64,000 nucleotides of DNA from an uncultured Gemmatimonadota bacterium (GTDB lineage: Bacteria > Gemmatimonadota > Gemmatimonadetes > Palauibacterales > Palauibacteraceae). Below, piece by piece: positions 47,765 through 54,758 of this stretch; within the stretch, counting starts at the first letter, position 1; each line of letters begins with the position of its first letter. A program made the position numbers and the translations under genes. The stretch covers positions 2,586 to 66,585 of the forward strand of contig CAZVIY010000008.1 of NCBI GenBank assembly GCA_964627425.1, read 5' to 3'. Below the pieces are notes generated by a model that saw only the letters and a program-made list of their open reading frames with translations, had not been told where the DNA came from and did no database searches.

Positions 47765-48052
47765 ATGAAGCTGAGCGACTTCATCCCCGTCCGGGGGATC
47801 TGGATGTACCCCTTTTGGTTTGGGGCATTCATCTTCGCGCTGATGCTTCTGTTCATCGGGTCTCTGCCCGATCCGGTCCGGAGGTGGACGTTGCCTTCTT
47901 TTGCGGTCTACCTCCTTGGGCTGGGCAACTTGATCTTTCTAAAGGAGCTCAAGCACCGGCGATACATTGCCGACCGTCGGCATGACAGGGATCTAGGGCC
48001 GACCGAATCGCTATCTGCATCGGAGAAAAACCTCCCCGACGGCTGGGTTTGA
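47765..48052 (+). CDS. Hypothetical 2-TM membrane protein (island)
   Basis: 95-aa ORF, 14 nt after the previous stop. TM helices WMYPFWFGAFIFALMLLFIG and LPSFAVYLLGLGNLIFL. Confidence 0.6.
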   Translation: MKLSDFIPVRGIWMYPFWFGAFIFALMLLFIGSLPDPVRRWTLPSFAVYLLGLGNLIFLKELKHRRYIADRRHDRDLGPTESLSASEKNLPDGWV

Positions 48053-48178
48053 AGCTTTTGGGTTCTCCAAGCGGTATGGCTGGTCCTCTTCGTGGCCTAC
48101 AACTTCGGCAAGGACGTTCTCTGATCGCAGGAACGGGCGTTGTAAAACTGGAATGTTAACCCATCGCCGCGCTGAATC

Positions 48179-48292
48179 TCAGCCGACCACGTCCCGGATG
48201 ACCTCGGCCACCCGGTCGGAAATCTGGTAGACCATCTCCCCGGCGTCCTGGTCCCAGCGCCGCTCGAAGGGGGCTCCTCCCCCTATTCTCAC
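48179..48292 (-). CDS. Possible 37-aa small ORF translationally coupled to 48289-48681 (island)
   Basis: GTGA overlap with the upstream stop. Manual translation: (V)RIGGGAPFERRWDQDAGEMVYQISDRVAEVIRDVVG*. Confidence 0.25.
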   Translation of the reverse strand: MRIGGGAPFERRWDQDAGEMVYQISDRVAEVIRDVVG

Positions 48293-48681
48293 CGGTGCTC
48301 CTGGAGCTTACGGATCTTCTTTTGGAGGTCCCGAATCTTTGCCTCAAGCTTGGCCTCCTTCTTCTCCTCCTGGAGGGCCTTCAGGGTGGTATCCATCCCC
48401 TTCCGAAGCTCGTTGTAGGCCTTCTCGCTCATCCGCCCCCCAATCAGTTCGGCCGTCGCCCAGGACAGGTACCGACGAACCTCTCCAGCCGTTTGCGGCG
48501 CGGGGAAGGGTGGCTCCGCCGGGGAGTCGTTCCGGGGGCTCCTGGAGCCACCCAGGGATCTCCCGTGAGACTTCTTCTCCTGGGCGTACGGAGACTCATC
48601 GTGCAGAAGGCAGAGGTCCTCGGACCCCTTCCAGACGTACCCGGAACAATTCTCCTCAGAGCAGGGGCGTGCCTTACCCAT
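48289..48681 (-). CDS. Hypothetical CCCH zinc-finger-like / coiled-coil protein (island)
   Basis: Internal ATG 48681 preceded by GGAGG. CSEENCSGYVWKGSEDLCLLH (Cx4C...Cx2H). C-terminal heptad-like KALQEEKKEAKLEAKIRDLQKKIRKLQE. Confidence 0.6.
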   Translation of the reverse strand: MGKARPCSEENCSGYVWKGSEDLCLLHDESPYAQEKKSHGRSLGGSRSPRNDSPAEPPFPAPQTAGEVRRYLSWATAELIGGRMSEKAYNELRKGMDTTLKALQEEKKEAKLEAKIRDLQKKIRKLQEHR

Positions 48682-48724
48682 CGTCGCCTCCGCCCGTGAC
48701 CACCATGCGCTCCCGGATTCGGTC

Positions 48725-49615
48725 CTAGCGGGACTTCTGGGGGTCCAGGAGGGTGGGGTCATCCGTCGGCAGGGACTCGGCCCAGTCAGCGAAGCCTTGG
48801 CGGTCGTCCTCAGTGCCGCGTACCGAAATCTCGGCTGGGCCTGCAGGGGGGAAGTCGGGCGTGCTCCTGGGCTCCATCGTTGCCATCGGGCCCGTCCACC
48901 GGCCACGGTCCTCAACCGTACGGATTACTCGCTCCAGCTGGTGCCGGTGGCTCTGGGCCCGCTCGGCAGCCAGTTCGTTGGCCACGGTCTGATGGTTGGC
49001 GTGGGCGAGAGCCACCGCCTCCTGGGCGACGGCCAACGGATGAGACTCGGGGAGGGACTCAAACCGCTCCTTCCGGATCCGGCGCGTCACCTCATCCGAG
49101 AGGGTCTGGGCAGTGGCACGGTCACCGGCGGTGACCGCCGTGACCACCTTCTCCATGAGTTCCTCATCCTCCATGCGGTCCAGCTGGGCTACCAGGAGGA
49201 GGAGGTGTTTGGAGTCCGAGATCGGCTCCTTAGGGAGGGTGGCCGGCCCGAACCGCTGGTTGACGGCCTCCACGAGGAGATCCGCCTTCTTCCGTGCTTG
49301 AGCGGTTAGGTTCCGTCGGTCCTCCTGGAAGTTCTCCTCGGCCTCAGGGCTCAGCTGGCCCGCCCGGGCGAAGCGCCGGATCTTCTGCTCATTCCGCCAG
49401 TCGGCCTCGGCCTGGCGAACCAGTTCCACCTTCAGATTGCCGAACCGCTTCCAGTGGGGGGCCGTCTCTAGCTCCCTTCGGGCGGCCTCTTCGTATCGCT
49501 GTCTGAGCGCGTCGAGTTGAGCGCGGGCGTCCTGGGGTGTCATCGGGGCTCCTGGGGGGGCTTCTGGGAGGGATTTTTCTGAAAAAATGTCGCCGGTGGG
49601 TTTGGGAATTTTCAC
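48725..49615 (-). CDS. Hypothetical all-helical protein (island)
   Basis: 296-aa ORF from GTG 49615. ATG 49543 (MTPQDARAQ...), preceded by AGGAG, is a more likely start. No recognisable motifs, and no tyrosine- or serine-recombinase signature. Confidence 0.6.
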   Translation of the reverse strand: MKIPKPTGDIFSEKSLPEAPPGAPMTPQDARAQLDALRQRYEEAARRELETAPHWKRFGNLKVELVRQAEADWRNEQKIRRFARAGQLSPEAEENFQEDRRNLTAQARKKADLLVEAVNQRFGPATLPKEPISDSKHLLLLVAQLDRMEDEELMEKVVTAVTAGDRATAQTLSDEVTRRIRKERFESLPESHPLAVAQEAVALAHANHQTVANELAAERAQSHRHQLERVIRTVEDRGRWTGPMATMEPRSTPDFPPAGPAEISVRGTEDDRQGFADWAESLPTDDPTLLDPQKSR

Positions 49616-49808
49616 CGGAATAGCGCGAGGGCCCGCCCTACCGCCCCACAGCCCGTTACCGGGGGGTGGGGTCTGGTTTCGAGGGGGGCCCCAACTGCCG
49701 CACCCGCCGATGTAGCAGGGGAGATGGCACGGTGGGCGGCTAAGGAGTAGCGAGGGTCAGAAGTACCGTGTCTGCCCTCATGATCTAAGATACCCGGCGG
49801 GTAGCTGA

Positions 49809-49857
49809 GGTGTGTTCAGGGCAAACACACCCGGCAGACGCCTGCTAAGGTAGCAGG
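49809..49857. other. Two adjacent perfect hairpins in the island arm next to the tRNA
   Basis: ggtgtgtt-cagggca-aacacacc (49809-49831) and cctgcta-agg-tagcagg (49841-49857). Confidence 0.5.
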
Positions 49858-49918
49858 AGTTTAACCGCCGACACCCCTTGTCATGCCTAAAGGTTGGGCA
49901 ACGGTGTTAACGCAAGCG

Positions 49919-49928
49919 AACGTTAACA
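49919..49928 (+). repeat. AACGTTAACA motif copy (also at 50148-50157; variants at 42345-42354 and 42357-42366)
   Basis: Exact 10-mer AACGTTAACA at 49919 and 50148. AACGTTAgCA at 42345. ggCGTTAACA at 42357. A further GTTAAC at 49906. All lie in the non-coding island ends. Confidence 0.55.
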
Positions 49929-50191
49929 CGCCTGTCAGGAGAAAACCGCCGCAGCCCATCGGTACTGGGGACGGGGTGGGGAGGAGAGCCCTACTCCTCT
50001 CTGAAGCACCGTTCTATCCCGTGACGGCCGAGGATCCAGATGCCCTTCCCTCCGCCCACACGGATCCCGGTGAGTTCTTCCGATTCATTATCCCGGCAAA
50101 CCCCGAAAGGCCGGCCAGGAAGGAGCCTATCGGTTACATCAACACTCAACGTTAACAGAACAGCGGGCCCCCTCAGGATCCCTATGAACAG

Positions 50192-50267
50192 TGGGCGCTG
50201 CTGGATTCGAACCAGCGACCTCCTGCTTGTAAGGCAGGCGCTCTCGACCAGGCTGAGCTAAGCGCCC
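50192..50267 (-). tRNA. tRNA-Val (anticodon TAC)
   Basis: The reverse complement GGGCGCTTAGCTCAGCCTGGTCGAGAGCGCCTGCCTTACAAGCAGGAGGTCGCTGGTTCGAATCCAGCAGCGCCCA folds as a cloverleaf. Acceptor GGGCGCT/AGCGCCC, anticodon arm CCTGC-CTTACAA-GCAGG, T-arm GCTGG-TTCGAAT-CCAGC. 76 nt; CCA not encoded. Confidence 0.9.
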
Positions 50268-50408
50268 CTGGGAACCGGGCGTGCCGTCCCCAATATAGGG
50301 TGCCGGTCCTCCCGTGCATCCGAACCGGAGTACGGACTCCCACCGGGCGCGTGCGTGGAGGCGCGAAGACAGGCGGACCCGACGAGCGCCGGCTCGGGGC
50401 CCGCCCCC

Positions 50409-51038
50409 TCAGGACCCGCCGGAACGGGAGGGCCGCGGCGTCGCCTCCGTGGTCTCCCCGTGGTAGGCGGGCTCGTCGGTGCCGCACCGGAACGCCCGGG
50501 CCACCTCGTCGGCCACCCGGCGGGCCAGCTCCTCGGGCTCCTGGTTGACCTCCGCGTCGACGTACCCCACGACGCAGCCCTCTCCGTCGTCGGGCTGGGC
50601 GACCCGGCTCACCACCAGCACCGCCCGGTCGCCCTCCTCGCCGTGGCCGCTCCCGTCGCCGGCGTACACGAACCAGCGCTGGATGGCCGCGAAGGGCCGG
50701 GTGCCGGTCTCCGTCATCTCCCGGCGCCATTCGACGACGGAATCCACGTGGTTGAAGCTGGCGAAGCTCTCCCATCCCGGACCGTCGCCGTCGGCGCCCG
50801 GAAAACCGTAGGCCAGGGAGACCCGAAGGTCGCCCTCCGAATAGAAGACCGGATACCCCCGGTATCCGCCGCAGACCATCCGAACCCAGGAACCCGGCTC
50901 CCCTTCGGGGACCCGGTCCAGGACGGTACAGTCCCGCTCCAGATCCAGCGTCGTGTACGCGCCCTCGACGGTGTCCGGGGGAGCGGTGTCCCCCAGGCTC
51001 GCGGCCGTGAGCAACAGGACGGACAGGCTCTCCAGCAT
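50409..51038 (-). CDS. Hypothetical secreted protein
   Basis: 209-aa ORF with an N-terminal hydrophobic leader MLESLSVLLLTAASLG. No motif recognised. Confidence 0.55.
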   Translation of the reverse strand: MLESLSVLLLTAASLGDTAPPDTVEGAYTTLDLERDCTVLDRVPEGEPGSWVRMVCGGYRGYPVFYSEGDLRVSLAYGFPGADGDGPGWESFASFNHVDSVVEWRREMTETGTRPFAAIQRWFVYAGDGSGHGEEGDRAVLVVSRVAQPDDGEGCVVGYVDAEVNQEPEELARRVADEVARAFRCGTDEPAYHGETTEATPRPSRSGGS

Positions 51039-51154
51039 CTCCTCCTCCGGGTCATCGGATTCCCCCCGGAGCTGGTCACCTTCCGGGAGCGGACGTATCT
51101 TGGTTGTCGCCTCTGGAGCCCTTTTCAGATTCCCGAACCGAGGGAGATACGACC

Positions 51155-51358
51155 ATGAGCATCGCCAAGGTCACGGAGATCACCGCCACGTCCACCGAGA
51201 ACTTCGAGGACGCCATCCAGAAGGGGATCAAGCGCGCCTCGAAGACCCTCGACCAGGTTCAGGGCGCGTGGATCAAGGAGCAGAAGGTGGAGGTGAAGGG
51301 CGGGAAGATCTCGAACTACCGCGTCGTCATGAAGGTCACCTTCCTCCTGAAGGAATAG
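51155..51358 (+). CDS. Dodecin family flavin-binding protein
   Basis: Internal ATG after GAGGGAG. MSIAKVTEITATSTENFEDAIQKGIKRASKTLDQVQGAWIKEQKVEVKGGKISNYRVVMKVTFLL matches the dodecin pattern. Confidence 0.85.
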   Translation: MSIAKVTEITATSTENFEDAIQKGIKRASKTLDQVQGAWIKEQKVEVKGGKISNYRVVMKVTFLLKE

Positions 51359-51429
51359 CCTCCTGAAGGACTGAAGCGGGCCGGCAGGGGCCAGCCCGGG
51401 GAATCGCCGGAGGAGAGCGCGGGTGGAGG

Positions 51430-51690
51430 TCAGCGCCTCGGCGCGCTCCCCCGGTCCTCCCCGCCGCCACGGCCCAGCAGCAGTCCCGCCGGGAAGAGGA
51501 CGGCGTAGCCCAGCACCAGCAGGATGGGCGCGGCGGTCACCGAGCCCCGGTCCAGGAACCAGTAGCCGACCACGATGGCCACGACGGCCGCCCCGAACAG
51601 GGCGAAGTTCACCGGTCCCAGGCCGAACCACGGGTCCCGGGTCCCGCCGTCGTCCATCTCCCCTCCGCGCTGGCGCTCTTGCGATGGCAT
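51430..51690 (-). CDS. Small 2-TM membrane protein
   Basis: 86-aa ORF. NFALFGAAVVAIVVGYWFL and AAPILLVLGYAVLFPAGLLLG. Confidence 0.55.
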   Translation of the reverse strand: MPSQERQRGGEMDDGGTRDPWFGLGPVNFALFGAAVVAIVVGYWFLDRGSVTAAPILLVLGYAVLFPAGLLLGRGGGEDRGSAPRR

Positions 51691-51748
51691 GGGCGAATGC
51701 TAGACGGGCCCCCGCGGCCGGTCAACCGCCCGGGCCGGATCGCGCGCG

Positions 51749-52840
51749 TCAGCCGCGCCCATCGCCCGGCTCCTCCGGCCCCTCCCCTCGCCGTCGCCAG
51801 GGCCCCGACTCCAGGTCCTCCCATCGCCAGGTGTCGATCCACGGGCGGTCGCGGGGAGTCTCTTCCCGCCGCTCCCGGGCCCGAAGCTCCTCCATGCGCG
51901 CCCGGTCGTAGCGCCGCCGGTTCCAGTAGGCGAAGATCACGAACAGGGAGATGGCGATCCAGAAGATCCCGGCCCGGGTCAGGAGGTAGAGCCAGCCGTA
52001 CCGGTCGCTCACGGCCTTCCGCCACCGGTCCTCGAACTGACCCAGCGTGATCCCGTAGGTCAGGCGCATGGACCCGTCCACGTCCTCGCCGGCGGCCAGC
52101 CGGGAGAAGAAGGCCCGGAGGCCGCGCTCTCCGGACAGCGACACGAGGTGGTTCACCGCCGTATAGGAGAGCAGGTAGGCGGTCCGGGCCGCCGGCTCGG
52201 CACGGGGAAACTCCAGGGTGAGCTGCTCCAGCGACGGGCCCTCGCCCCGGAGGAAGGAGAGCCGCAGGGTCCAGGCCCGGTCCCATCCCCAGCTCCCCTC
52301 GGCCATCTGGGCGTAGCCCTCGTGGAGCCATCGGGGGACCCGCGGGCCGGCCACCGCATCCAGGGCAAGGTGGGCCAGCTCGTGTCGGAGGAGGGAGGAC
52401 AGGGCCCCCGGGCCGCGCTCGGCCTCGCCCGGTCCCACCACGATGAGCCCCTGCTCGCCCAGGGCGAAGCCCGCCACCCAGGGCTCCACCCCGGCGGCCT
52501 CCGCCCCCGGCCGTGCGCGGCGGGCGGCCCGGTCCAGGTCCTCCACCACCCAGACCCGCACCGTGTCCCCGAGGACCCGGCCGGGGGGCCCCAGCCCCGG
52601 CAGCGGCGCCAGCCAGCTCCCCTCCTCGACGACCCGCCGCGCCAGGGCGGCGAGCCCGGGATCGGCCTCCCAGCACACCACCGGTTCCCCGGCGTCGAAG
52701 CACGACCGGACCCGCTCCCCGGATCCCGGCCCGGCGGCGGTCTGGGCCGGGGAGCCGGATGCCGGCCCGGGTCCTCCGGAGGGGAGGGACAGGAGGAGCG
52801 AGAGGAGCAGTCCCCCGGTCAGGAGGTGGCGCGGGCCCAT
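51749..52840 (-). CDS. Putative zinc metallopeptidase (HExxH) with signal peptide and C-terminal TM anchor
   Basis: Internal ATG 52840 gives MGPRHLLTGGLLLSLLLSL. HELAHLAL...WLHEGYAQ (HExxH plus downstream E). C-terminal TM helix LYLLTRAGIFWIAISLFVIFAYW. Confidence 0.65.
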   Translation of the reverse strand: MGPRHLLTGGLLLSLLLSLPSGGPGPASGSPAQTAAGPGSGERVRSCFDAGEPVVCWEADPGLAALARRVVEEGSWLAPLPGLGPPGRVLGDTVRVWVVEDLDRAARRARPGAEAAGVEPWVAGFALGEQGLIVVGPGEAERGPGALSSLLRHELAHLALDAVAGPRVPRWLHEGYAQMAEGSWGWDRAWTLRLSFLRGEGPSLEQLTLEFPRAEPAARTAYLLSYTAVNHLVSLSGERGLRAFFSRLAAGEDVDGSMRLTYGITLGQFEDRWRKAVSDRYGWLYLLTRAGIFWIAISLFVIFAYWNRRRYDRARMEELRARERREETPRDRPWIDTWRWEDLESGPWRRRGEGPEEPGDGRG

Positions 52841-53799
52841 CGGAGGGCACCGGAGAGGGGCTCGGGGAGCTCGGAGACGAACTTCATCCGCTCGCCGGTC
52901 CTGGGGTGCTCGAAGGCCAGCTTGGCCGCGTGCAGGAACATGCGGCCGCAGCGGCCGGCGAACTCCTCGGCCCAGCGGCCGCCGGCACCCACGAAGCCCT
53001 TCTCCCAGTCCTCGGCGTAGGTGGGATCGCAGGCCACCGGATGGCCGATGTCCCGGAGGTGGACGCGGATCTGGTGGGTCCGGCCGGTGTCCAGCTTGAG
53101 GGCCAGCAGGTCGGCCGAGCGCCATCGCTCCAGGCGGAGCACGTGGGTCCGGGCGTCCTTGCCGTCCTCCACCACCGCCATCCGGGTCCGGTCGTTGGGA
53201 TCCCGGCCGATGGGCCGATCCAGGACCAGCCGGTCCTCGTCCAGGTGCCCCCAGGAGGCGGCCAGGTAGCCCCGGTCGAACTCCCGCCGGGCCAGGGCCT
53301 CCGAGAGCCGGTGATGGGCCCCGTCGGTCTTGGCCACCACCAGGAGCCCGCTGGTGTCCATGTCCAGCCGGTGGACGATGCCGGGACGGGTGGGGGCGCC
53401 CACGCTGGACAGGCCGTCCAGGTGGTGCAGCAGCGCGTTCACCAGGGTCCCGTCGGGGTGGCCCGGGGCGGGATGGACCACCATGCCGGCGGGCTTGTCC
53501 ACCACCGCCAGGTCCTCGTCCTCGTGGAGGACCTCCAGCTCCAGGGGCTGGGCGGTGACCTCCAGGGGCTCGGGCGCGGGGATCCGGACGGCGATCTCGT
53601 CGCCGGCCTCGGGCGTGTAGCTCTTCTTCTCCGGCGAGCCGTTCACCTCCACCTCGCCCTCGCCGATGAGCTCGGCCACCTTCGTCCGGCTGAGCTCCAG
53701 CCGGTCCGCCAGGAAGCGGTCCAGCCGGTCCGCCGACGCCGCGGTCTCCTGGTCCACCCGGAACGTCCGGCGCTCAGCCTCCCGCTCGGATTCCGGCAT
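52819..53799 (-). CDS. rluD: 23S rRNA pseudouridine synthase, RluA/RluD family
   Basis: S4-like RLDRFLADRL...SRTKVAELI. Catalytic HRLDMDTSGLLVVAKT. Start at internal ATG 53799. Confidence 0.85.
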   Translation of the reverse strand: MPESEREAERRTFRVDQETAASADRLDRFLADRLELSRTKVAELIGEGEVEVNGSPEKKSYTPEAGDEIAVRIPAPEPLEVTAQPLELEVLHEDEDLAVVDKPAGMVVHPAPGHPDGTLVNALLHHLDGLSSVGAPTRPGIVHRLDMDTSGLLVVAKTDGAHHRLSEALARREFDRGYLAASWGHLDEDRLVLDRPIGRDPNDRTRMAVVEDGKDARTHVLRLERWRSADLLALKLDTGRTHQIRVHLRDIGHPVACDPTYAEDWEKGFVGAGGRWAEEFAGRCGRMFLHAAKLAFEHPRTGERMKFVSELPEPLSGALRWARATS

Positions 53800-54391
53800 C
53801 GGCCTCCCCGGCTTCGGCGCCGTCGCCTCCCGTCTCCCGGACCTCCCCGCCGTGCCGGGCCGCCCGCGTCTCCTCCTGGTAGAAGGAGACGATGAGCAGC
53901 ACGGCACCGGCGCTCACCGCCATGTCCGCCACGTTGAAGACGTACCAGCGGTGGGCTCCCAGCCCCACGTCCAGGAAGTCCACCACGCCCCGCTCGTAGC
54001 GGATCCGGTCCAGGATGTTGCCCACCGCTCCGCCGCAGATGAGCGCCACGGCCGTCAGTCTCAGACGGTCGGTGGCGGGGGTCTCCCGGTACAGGTAGCC
54101 CAGCACCAGCAGGGCCACCAGGGCCAGGGTGAGGAAGAACGGCCGGCTGTGCTCCCCGATGGAGATGCCGAAGGCGGCGCCCACGTTGTGGGTGTAGGTG
54201 ATCCGGACCACGTCCCCCAGCACGGGCACGGACTGGTGGAGGGGAAACGTCTGGACCACCCAGAGCTTGGTCGCCACGTCCACGGCCAGCACCAGGCCGC
54301 CCAGGCCCAGCAGGAGGGCCGTCTTGCTCACCCCCCGGCGCGCCTCCGCCCCGCCCGGGTCCCCGGGGGAGATCTCCTCAGCCGCGGGCAC
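53774..54391 (-). CDS. lspA: Lipoprotein signal peptidase II
   Basis: ITYTHNVGAAFGI, VGNILDR and FNVADMAVSAG motifs. 4 TM helices. Confidence 0.85.
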   Translation of the reverse strand: MPAAEEISPGDPGGAEARRGVSKTALLLGLGGLVLAVDVATKLWVVQTFPLHQSVPVLGDVVRITYTHNVGAAFGISIGEHSRPFFLTLALVALLVLGYLYRETPATDRLRLTAVALICGGAVGNILDRIRYERGVVDFLDVGLGAHRWYVFNVADMAVSAGAVLLIVSFYQEETRAARHGGEVRETGGDGAEAGEADAGIRAGG

Positions 54392-54758
54392 CGCTCTCTT
54401 CTTCCTCCTTGCACCGGATGCACAGCCGGGCGTGGGGGAGGGCGTCGAGCCGCTCGTGGACGATGTCCTCGTCGCACTCCTGACAGACGCCGAACTGCTC
54501 GGGTGTCCGGTACAGTCGCCGGAGCGCCTCGTCGATGTGGTAGAGGAGCCGCCCCTCCTTGCTGGCGAACAGGAACGCCTTCTCGCGCTCCATGGCGTCG
54601 GTTCCCTTGTCCGCCATGTGGAAGCTGTAGGCGGAATCCTCGGCGTCGGCGTCGCTGGATGCCTGGATGGACTCGTCGTACTGACCGATCTTCTTCAGCA
54701 CCCTGGCCCGCTCCTCCAGCAGGCGCTCCTCGAAATACTCCCGATCTTCCTTCTTCAT
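54378..54758 (-). CDS. DksA/TraR family C4-type zinc-finger protein
   Basis: In frame within ORF 54378-57965. MKKEDREYFEERLLEERARV... C4 finger CQECDEDI...CIRC. ATGA overlap with the ileS stop. Confidence 0.8.
   Translation of the reverse strand: MKKEDREYFEERLLEERARVLKKIGQYDESIQASSDADAEDSAYSFHMADKGTDAMEREKAFLFASKEGRLLYHIDEALRRLYRTPEQFGVCQECDEDIVHERLDALPHARLCIRCKEEEESGARG

Larger units (their letters stand above)
42196..50236. mobile_element. tRNA-Val-associated genomic island (about 8.0 kb, lower GC, no recognisable integrase)
   Basis: Bounded by the perfect 45-bp direct repeat. Hand GC counts: rows at 42841 and 42901 have 30/60 and 24/60 G+C, against 45/60 in the host row at 40021. All encoded proteins are small with no housekeeping signatures. 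Confidence 0.8.
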
